Positions 26,232 to 31,639 of a stretch of 32,000 bases of DNA are shown here, piece after piece. Source of the stretch: Ruminococcus albus 7 = DSM 20455 (GTDB lineage Bacteria; Bacillota; Clostridia; Oscillospirales; Ruminococcaceae). The position numbers and the translations under genes are program-made. The stretch spans positions 780,001-812,000 of the forward strand of contig NC_014833.1 of assembly GCF_000179635.2 (NCBI RefSeq), read 5' to 3'. The notes under the pieces are model-generated. The model saw only the letters and a list, made by a program, of their open reading frames with translations, did not search any database and was not told the origin of the DNA. Within the stretch, counting starts at the first letter, position 1. Each line of letters opens with the position of its first letter.

Positions 26232-26618
26232 ATGATGCAAACGTTAACTAAAGAACAGTTTATTTCAAAAATATCTGATATCGAAAGAGTATGCCTGGTT
26301 TCGATACATGATGGAAAAGTATATCTTCGGGCAGATATTGAAAAAGGCGGAGACAATGGTCTGCGTATCGAGATGATGGATTTTGAGATGAATACATCGT
26401 ATGGATTTTATGAAGCAAATAGCTTGTGCAGAAGCAATTATTCCGGTGGGATAAGCTTTATTGAATACAGTTCATATGTTGAAGCTGAACATCGTGCTAT
26501 AAACGATTTTCTTGATTTAAATCCTCATTCTGCCTTACTGTATTGTGATGATAATGAGTTGTATGAGCTTACTGATAAGTATCCTGCAGATACTGATTTA
26601 TATGTTGCTGTAAACTGA
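26232..26618 (+). CDS. Acidic hypothetical protein (128 aa; 23 D/E versus 10 K/R)
   Basis: GGAG lies 6 nt upstream of ATG 26232. I recognise no family. Confidence 0.55.
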   Translation: MMQTLTKEQFISKISDIERVCLVSIHDGKVYLRADIEKGGDNGLRIEMMDFEMNTSYGFYEANSLCRSNYSGGISFIEYSSYVEAEHRAINDFLDLNPHSALLYCDDNELYELTDKYPADTDLYVAVN

Positions 26619-26682
26619 TATCATCTGAATTAGCCAACTCTCGCAAATAATGCGACAGTTCATAACTATACCCACAGTTTAC

Positions 26683-26711
26683 TTGACTTTACAAAACAGC
26701 TGTGCTATAAT
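26683..26711 (+). promoter_or_regulatory. Near-consensus sigma-70 promoter upstream of the small ORF and tRNA array
   Basis: TTGACT (26683-26688), a 17-nt spacer, then TGcTATAAT (TATAAT = 26706-26711). Confidence 0.65.
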
Positions 26712-26786
26712 ACAGGTAAAGTCAGAACAGGAACGGCCGAATGACGGCCGCTGTAACAAAAATAATTACGAAAGGAGATACCCGAA

Positions 26787-26906
26787 ATGAACGCATTTGC
26801 TATGTCTTATCTGTATAGCGGAATATTACTGAGCCTCAGCCTCGAACAGGAAGAGACTCTTATTGTGCTGCATACAGAACATAGTGCAAATGATACGGTC
26901 ATTTAG
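26787..26906 (+). CDS. 39-codon Ser/Tyr/Leu-rich small ORF (candidate leader peptide); it falls below the ORF-track length cut-off
   Basis: AAAGGAG (26771-26777) lies 9 nt upstream of ATG 26787, and the stop is TAG 26904-26906. The translation is MNAFAMSYLYSGILLSLSLEQEETLIVLHTEHSANDTVI. Confidence 0.45.
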   Translation: MNAFAMSYLYSGILLSLSLEQEETLIVLHTEHSANDTVI

Positions 26907-26945
26907 GGACTTCGATTCAGTATAGATCCTTGAATAGACATATTG

Positions 26946-26976
26946 CACCGTCTGTATACAGCAGACGGTGTTTTTT
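26946..26976 (+). terminator. Intrinsic terminator immediately upstream of the first tRNA
   Basis: CACCGTCTG (26946-26954) and CAGACGGTG (26962-26970) form a perfect 9-bp stem with a 7-nt loop, followed by T6 (26971-26976). Confidence 0.7.
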
Positions 26977-26979
26977 CAT

Positions 26980-27055
26980 GCCCGCATGATGGAATTTTGG
27001 CATACATCCCTGTCTTAGAAACAGGTTTTTGCGAGTTCGAATCTCGCTGCGGGTA
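26980..27055 (+). tRNA. tRNA with anticodon UAG (Leu by anticodon) but a 5-nt variable loop and an atypical D arm
   Basis: Acceptor is GCCCGCA/TGCGGGT. The anticodon arm is CCTGT-CTTAGAA-ACAGG, the variable loop is TTTTT and the T arm is GCGAG-TTCGAAT-CTCGC. The discriminator is A and no CCA is encoded. The D region is 19 nt with only a 3-4 bp stem. Confidence 0.55.
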
Positions 27056-27061
27056 CTATAT

Positions 27062-27134
27062 GCTCTCGTAGCCCAACGGCAGAGGCAGCGGACTTAAAAT
27101 CCGTTTATTATGAGTTCGAATCTCATCGGGAGCA
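27062..27134 (+). tRNA. tRNA with anticodon UAA (Leu by anticodon) but class-I architecture (5-nt variable loop)
   Basis: Acceptor is GCTCTCG/CGGGAGC (one G:U pair) and the D arm is GCCC-AACGGCAG-AGGC. The anticodon arm is GCGGA-CTTAAAA-TCCGT, the variable loop is TTATT and the T arm is ATGAG-TTCGAAT-CTCAT. The discriminator is A and no CCA is encoded. Confidence 0.7.
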
Positions 27135-27176
27135 CTGACTTTGTCAAGGATCATATACTGAAAGGAGATGTTTACG

Positions 27177-27401
27177 ATGCCGGTGATCGACGTGAAGGCA
27201 ACAGGCAATAATATCAAGAATATCATCAGGTCTAAGGGCTTTAAAATATCCGATGTACAGGCTCGATGCGGTTTCAATACACCGCAGGCTATCTTCAAGT
27301 GGATGCGCGGAGACGCTGTTCCCACTATCGACAACCTGATAATACTGGCGGATATGTTTGATACACCGATAGATAAAATAATAATCGTCACCCGAATATG
27401 A
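27177..27401 (+). CDS. XRE-family helix-turn-helix protein (about 74 aa) embedded in the tRNA array
   Basis: IKNIIRSKGFKISDVQARCGFNTPQAIFKWMRGDAVPTIDNLIILADMFDTPIDKII has an HTH_3-like pattern. AAAGGAG lies 9 nt upstream of ATG 27177. Confidence 0.7.
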   Translation: MPVIDVKATGNNIKNIIRSKGFKISDVQARCGFNTPQAIFKWMRGDAVPTIDNLIILADMFDTPIDKIIIVTRI

Positions 27402-27413
27402 GTGACGATATAT

Positions 27414-27500
27414 GGGTAAGTGCGCCGAATTGGTGAAGGCAGCGGACTGTAAATCCGTGACATGGAAACGCTGTAGGTTCGAGTCCTACCTTACCCACCA
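27414..27500 (+). tRNA. tRNA-Tyr (GUA), class II, CCA encoded
   Basis: Acceptor GGGTAAG/CTTACCC is perfect. The anticodon arm is GCGGA-CTGTAAA-TCCGT, the variable region is about 14 nt and the T arm is GTAGG-TTCGAGT-CCTAC. The gene ends in ACCA. Confidence 0.85.
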
Positions 27501-27503
27501 TAT

Positions 27504-27601
27504 GGCGGATTCGTCTAACAGGTCATGGACACAGCACTTGCAGGCAAGCGCTTGGGCTTTCAATCTCTAAATAGTGGGTTCGATCCCCCTATCCGTCACC
27601 A
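27504..27601 (+). ncRNA. 98-nt tRNA-like gene with no canonical anticodon arm
   Basis: Acceptor is GGCGGAT/ATCCGTC (one G:U pair) with ACCA encoded. The D arm is GTCTA-ACAGGTCA-TGGAC and the T arm is GTGGG-TTCGATC-CCCCT (one mismatch). Between them lie the hairpin GCACTTG-CAGG-CAAGCGC and a weak 5-bp stem TTGGG/TCTAA closing the 9-nt loop CTTTCAATC. Confidence 0.4.
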
Positions 27602-27603
27602 AT

Positions 27604-27695
27604 GGTCGCATAAGCCTAACTGGTAAGGCAGCAGTTTGCTAAACTGTGAGTAATCGGAACATTCCGATGTCTGAGTTCAAGTCTCAGTGCGGCCG
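27604..27695 (+). tRNA. tRNA-Ser (GCU), class II
   Basis: Acceptor is GGTCGCA/TGCGGCC (one G:U pair) and the D arm is AGCC..GGC. The anticodon arm is GCAGT-TTGCTAA-ACTGT. The long variable arm has stem ATCGGA/TCCGAT and the T arm is CTGAG-TTCAAGT-CTCAG. The discriminator is G. Confidence 0.85.
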
Positions 27696-27778
27696 CTAAA
27701 AGCTATAAACCAATATCAAAAGCGAATAGTTAAAGAAAAATGGTTGTTTTGGCAACTGAAATCAGAGTGGGTTTGACA

Positions 27779-27832
27779 GAAAATACATTTCCAGCTAATC
27801 ACATTTGCAAACATAGTTGGAAATACATTTCC
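27779..27832. promoter_or_regulatory. Two copies of a 14-bp palindromic operator-like site (GGAAAT-AC-ATTTCC)
   Basis: 27819-27832 is GGAAATACATTTCC (perfect 6-bp arms) and 27779-27792 is GAAAATACATTTCC (one mismatch). Each sits in a longer direct repeat AAATACATTTCCARCTA. The second ends 5 nt before the -35 box. Confidence 0.5.
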
Positions 27833-27837
27833 AACTA

Positions 27838-27866
27838 TTGACTTTTTAAAGCAAACATGGTATAAT
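27838..27866 (+). promoter_or_regulatory. Near-consensus promoter of the AAA_14/DUF4143-type ATPase gene
   Basis: TTGACT (27838-27843), a 17-nt spacer, then TGgTATAAT (TATAAT = 27861-27866). Confidence 0.65.
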
Positions 27867-27911
27867 AATTCCAGAAATCCATATAATACATGGCAGAAGG
27901 AGTTGATCACT

Positions 27912-29105
27912 ATGATAGACCGCCCTGAATATCTCAGATTTCTGAACGATTGGAAGGATAAGCAAATAATAAAAGTTATTACCGGTATCAGAAGATGCGG
28001 AAAATCCACGTTGTTTGAGCTTTTCCGGGAACAGCTCGGAAAACAAGGCGTTGGTGATGACCAGATAATATCTATAAATTTTGAAGAAGCCGAAAATGAA
28101 GAACTCCACGACTGGCATAAAATGTACAGCTATATAACATCCCGTATGCTTCCTGATAAAACGAATTATATCTTTCTGGATGAGATACAGTGTGTTGCTG
28201 ATTATCAAAAAGCTGTAGACAGCCTGTTCGTAAAAAAGAACACAGATGTTTATATAACAGGTTCAAACGCCTATTTTATGTCAGGCGAGCTTGCAACGCT
28301 GTTATCAGGCAGGTATGTTGAACTTAAAATGCTCCCTCTGTCATTTAAGGAGTACTCAAGTGCGTTTGATGGATTAAGCAAAGAGGAACTTTACAGAAAT
28401 TACGTGTATAACAGCTCCTTTCCCTATACAACGGAACTCCATGACAGGCGGAACATAAGAACATATCTTGACGGTTTATATAATACCATTGTTCTGAACG
28501 ATATTGTCACCAGAAAGAAAATACAGGATCCGCTGATGCTGAAAAGCGTTATAAAATACCTGTTCGATAATATCGGAAGCCCATGTTCTTCAAAGAAGAT
28601 AGCCGATTCGATGACAAGTGCAGGAAGAAAAATATCCAATCATACTGTAGAAAACTATCTTGAAGGTCTTACCGATAGTCTCCTTATGTACCGTGTCGGA
28701 AGATATGACATCAAGGGGAAGGAATACCTGAAACTGCTGGATAAATACTATGCTGCTGATGTCGGTCTAAGATATTATCTTCTCGGCACCAATAATGCAG
28801 ATAACGGGCATATCCTGGAAAATGTGGTATATCTGGAGCTTATTCGCAGAGGTTATGAAGTATATATAGGTAAAAACGGTAATACGGAAGTTGATTTCGT
28901 GGCTGTTGACTATGATGGAAACACCGAATATTATCAGGTATCATGGACTGTTCGTGATGAAAAGACTCTTGAAAGAGAACTCACACCGCTGCAAAACATT
29001 AATGACCATAATACAAAGATACTTCTGACTATGGATAACGATCCGCCTGTATCATATAATGGGATCAGACAGAAGTATGTTCTTGACTGGCTGCTTGATA
29101 AATGA
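27912..29105 (+). CDS. AAA_14-type ATPase with a C-terminal DUF4143 (PD-(D/E)xK-like) domain
   Basis: Walker A is ITGIRRCGKST and Walker B is YIFLDEIQ. The C-terminal ILENVVYLELIRRGYEVYIGK..TEVDFVAV...YYQVS has an E/D...QxS nuclease-fold-like pattern. AAGGAG lies 9 nt upstream of ATG 27912. Confidence 0.8.
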   Translation: MIDRPEYLRFLNDWKDKQIIKVITGIRRCGKSTLFELFREQLGKQGVGDDQIISINFEEAENEELHDWHKMYSYITSRMLPDKTNYIFLDEIQCVADYQKAVDSLFVKKNTDVYITGSNAYFMSGELATLLSGRYVELKMLPLSFKEYSSAFDGLSKEELYRNYVYNSSFPYTTELHDRRNIRTYLDGLYNTIVLNDIVTRKKIQDPLMLKSVIKYLFDNIGSPCSSKKIADSMTSAGRKISNHTVENYLEGLTDSLLMYRVGRYDIKGKEYLKLLDKYYAADVGLRYYLLGTNNADNGHILENVVYLELIRRGYEVYIGKNGNTEVDFVAVDYDGNTEYYQVSWTVRDEKTLERELTPLQNINDHNTKILLTMDNDPPVSYNGIRQKYVLDWLLDK

Positions 29106-29200
29106 TCTGCAAATGAGTTATCTGCTGAAATTTTCAGCTATTCGGAAATCACGAATAACTGCTTAGTTTTCGGCAATTCTTTAAGCATAGGTGAGCTATC

Positions 29201-29683
29201 ATGGAAAAGAAAAAAGAAATGTCTATAAATAATTTCGCTCTTCTTCTTGCGCTTATATTTTTTTTAGTAGGTGCATATCCGGGCTTTCGCAGTTTGAACC
29301 TGAAGAAAAAATGCACGGTTGAAATAAAAGGCATCATTGTTGCCGAGAGATCAGGTCCGAAGTATCCCGATAGATCTCATCCGAAAAACAAATATTTATG
29401 GGGCAGAGGTATAACGGATATCTATGTCGAAACGGATGGCATTTTCAAATATGATAAACTTTCAGCGGGCGCAGGCGTTGGGGAAATAGGCGATGAAGTT
29501 ATTATCCGCTACGATCCGGATGATCCCGATGAATACTATTTCGTAGGCTATTACGGTTTGGACAGAACAAATGCTGCATTTGCCTGGGGACTGAGCGGAA
29601 TTATGATCATATGGTCATTGGTTGACTTCATTTACTATAACATACCGCTGGTGTTTCCTAAACTGCTGCAAAAAAAGCAATAA
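29201..29683 (+). CDS. Two-TM membrane protein, DUF3592-like
   Basis: An N-terminal TM segment (FALLLALIFFLVGAYPGF) is followed by a beta-rich middle ending in VIIRYDPDDPDEY and a C-terminal TM segment (AWGLSGIMIIWSLVDFIYY). Confidence 0.5.
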   Translation: MEKKKEMSINNFALLLALIFFLVGAYPGFRSLNLKKKCTVEIKGIIVAERSGPKYPDRSHPKNKYLWGRGITDIYVETDGIFKYDKLSAGAGVGEIGDEVIIRYDPDDPDEYYFVGYYGLDRTNAAFAWGLSGIMIIWSLVDFIYYNIPLVFPKLLQKKQ

Positions 29684-29696
29684 TTACAACAACTGA

Positions 29697-29735
29697 TAAC
29701 AGCTTCCATCCACACGGATAGGAGCTGTTATTTTT
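29697..29735 (+). terminator. Intrinsic terminator
   Basis: A 15-bp hairpin TAACAGCTTCCATCC-ACAC-GGATAGGAGCTGTTA (one mismatch, one G:U pair) is followed by T5. Confidence 0.7.
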
Positions 29736-29848
29736 AATGAAATTCTGCAATTATTAAAATTTGTAGAAAAATATTGAAATCGAATCTCTCTGGGGTATAA
29801 TAAGGAAAACCTTAGAATAAACAATCTTCATTATTTTTTATACTTCTA

Positions 29849-29877
29849 TTGACTTATAAGGTCAAATGTAGTATAAT
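29849..29877 (+). promoter_or_regulatory. Promoter of the AbiE operon with an embedded inverted repeat
   Basis: TTGACT (29849-29854), a 17-nt spacer, then TATAAT (29872-29877). The inverted repeat TTGAC-N7-GTCAA overlaps the -35 box and could be an AbiEi autoregulation site. Confidence 0.6.
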
Positions 29878-29907
29878 ATATTCAGAACAACAAAGGAGGT
29901 GCTGAAT

Positions 29908-30522
29908 ATGTTGTTTGATTATCTTCTTGAAACATTTGGTCAAAACGAACCTATATTTCTTTCAGATATTTCTTATGAGGATTATTCTGATATCTGGCTC
30001 AAAAAAGAACTTGCGAAGCTATGCGAATGCGGACAGATCATTAGATATGAACGAGGTATCTACTATATCCCCGTCAAAACACCATTCGGCAACAGTATTC
30101 TGAATCCCAATAGGATAATTGAAAGAAAATATTTATCCGAAAAAGGAAATCGAATCGGATTTTACACCGGGATAACAGCGTTGCAGCAGGCAGGGCTTTC
30201 TACACAGATGTCAAATATTCCCGAGATACAAACAAATAACGAGAATTCAAAACTCCGCAGAGTAAAAGTCGGGAATCAGGATATTATCCTGCGTAAGGCA
30301 AGAGTTAAAATAGACAATGACAATATATTTGTTTTGCAGTTTCTTGAAATGATGAACAGCACCTCAGCAGGATATTTTGACGATGAGAGAAAAGCTGTCA
30401 TCAGAAACTGGATCAGGAAATGTAATATTTCTCAGGAGCTTGTGACAAAATATGCTCCGTTTTTCCCGGACAAGACAATGCGTAATCTCATAGAAAGCGG
30501 CGTGATCTATTATGTTGCATAA
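29908..30522 (+). CDS. abiEi: AbiEi-family antitoxin/transcriptional regulator-like protein
   Basis: AAAGGAGG lies 8 nt upstream of ATG 29908. The N-terminal FLSDI...CGQIIRYERGIYYIP matches the AbiEi ..g.l.rl.rGvY motif. The gene overlaps the downstream AbiEii gene by 11 nt. Confidence 0.6.
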   Translation: MLFDYLLETFGQNEPIFLSDISYEDYSDIWLKKELAKLCECGQIIRYERGIYYIPVKTPFGNSILNPNRIIERKYLSEKGNRIGFYTGITALQQAGLSTQMSNIPEIQTNNENSKLRRVKVGNQDIILRKARVKIDNDNIFVLQFLEMMNSTSAGYFDDERKAVIRNWIRKCNISQELVTKYAPFFPDKTMRNLIESGVIYYVA

Positions 30523-31417
30523 CGAAAAAGATATTTTTGAGCAGCTTATCCTGCGAACATCTGAATATCTCGGTGTTAAAGCTGAGATCGTTGAAAAGGA
30601 TTATTTTGTAACGCTTTTTCTGAAAAAGATCGCAGATGTTATGCCGGATATTGTTTTTAAGGGCGGAACATCACTGTCAAAGTGTTACCATATCATCAAG
30701 CGTTTTTCTGAAGATATTGATCTGAATTTACAGTCTGAAATAAAACCGCCTGTAGGCAAGAGAAAGCAGCTCAAAGCAAGTATTATCAGTATAATCAGTG
30801 ATCTGGAATTTGAGCTTACTAATGCTGATGCGATCAAGAGCCGTCGTGACTATAACCGTTATATCATTGACTATCCTTCTTCACTCTCTGCTGTTTATCT
30901 GAAAGAACAGCTTATTGTAGAAACTGCAATATATCAAAGAGCTTATCCTACGAAAGTAATGAAGGCAGACAGTCTGATATATCAATACCTCCACGAAAAT
31001 GGCTATGATAATTATGCAGAACAATATGGTTTACAGCCGTTTGAACTGAACGTACAGACCGCAGAGAGAACGCTGATAGACAAGTTGTATGCATTGGCAG
31101 ATTATTATCTGCTGAATACTACTACCGAGCATTCAAGGCATATATACGATATTTATAAGCTGTCTGAGATAGTAACGATAAATGATACTCTGAGATCACT
31201 TGCACAGTCTGTTGCTGATGAGCGCAGACCTCATAAAATGTGTCTTTCGGTTCAGAACGGAACAGATGTGAATGCTGTTTTACGGGAGATCATTGATAAG
31301 AAAGTCTATAAAGATGATTATGATACAATAACCGTTCCGCTGCTGTTTGAAAGTGTTTCTTATGATATGGCAGTTTCAGCTTTGGAGAACATTCTTCAAA
31401 GCGGTATATTTGACTAA
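30512..31417 (+). CDS. abiEii: AbiEii/AbiGii-family nucleotidyltransferase toxin
   Basis: KDYFVTLFLKKI...VFKGGTSLSKCY..IKRFSEDIDL is the nucleotidyltransferase G-S...DxD motif of the AbiEii family. ERTLIDKLYAL appears later in the protein. Confidence 0.85.
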   Translation: MLHNEKDIFEQLILRTSEYLGVKAEIVEKDYFVTLFLKKIADVMPDIVFKGGTSLSKCYHIIKRFSEDIDLNLQSEIKPPVGKRKQLKASIISIISDLEFELTNADAIKSRRDYNRYIIDYPSSLSAVYLKEQLIVETAIYQRAYPTKVMKADSLIYQYLHENGYDNYAEQYGLQPFELNVQTAERTLIDKLYALADYYLLNTTTEHSRHIYDIYKLSEIVTINDTLRSLAQSVADERRPHKMCLSVQNGTDVNAVLREIIDKKVYKDDYDTITVPLLFESVSYDMAVSALENILQSGIFD

Positions 31418-31639
31418 GCTTGCGACAATGCGCAGGTTTGTACATTCCTCTGTATAGAAGTCACGGACAGTCTTATCGACTATCTTCATAAGTATTCGAT
31501 AATGCGACCAGCTCAATTCGGCACACAGTGTGTGCCGATTCGGGAAACAGCTATAAAACTGACGCATTGCCCGTAGATTTCGTTCTGTAAAGCCCTTGCC
31601 GAACTCGGCAGTAAGTCTGTCAGAAAGATACTTATGCAA
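31376..31639 (-). pseudogene. Internal fragment of a DUF1016/YhcG-type PDDEXK nuclease gene
   Basis: LSDRLTAEFGKGFTERNLRAMRQFYSCFP...LSWSHYRILMKI.D...RDFYTEE matches only the N-terminal region of proteins of about 340 aa. Similarity is lost at about 31440, right next to the abiEii stop. Confidence 0.55.

Noticed and set aside
26712-26979. T-box riboswitch or another known tRNA-sensing leader upstream of the tRNA array.
   Set aside because: I found no T-box consensus (the ..GGGTGGTACCGCG.. type) and no specifier-loop architecture. The region is largely occupied by a well-signalled small ORF.
26980-27134. Stop-codon suppressor tRNAs, because the anticodon loops read CTTAGAA and CTTAAAA (TAG/TAA look stop-like).
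   Set aside because: With standard 7-nt loop numbering the anticodons are UAG and UAA. These decode CUA and UUA (Leu). Suppressors would need CUA or UUA anticodons.
27056-27463. The 135-aa minus-strand ORF.
   Set aside because: It runs antisense through two tRNA genes and the HTH gene, so it is an artefact of an open frame.
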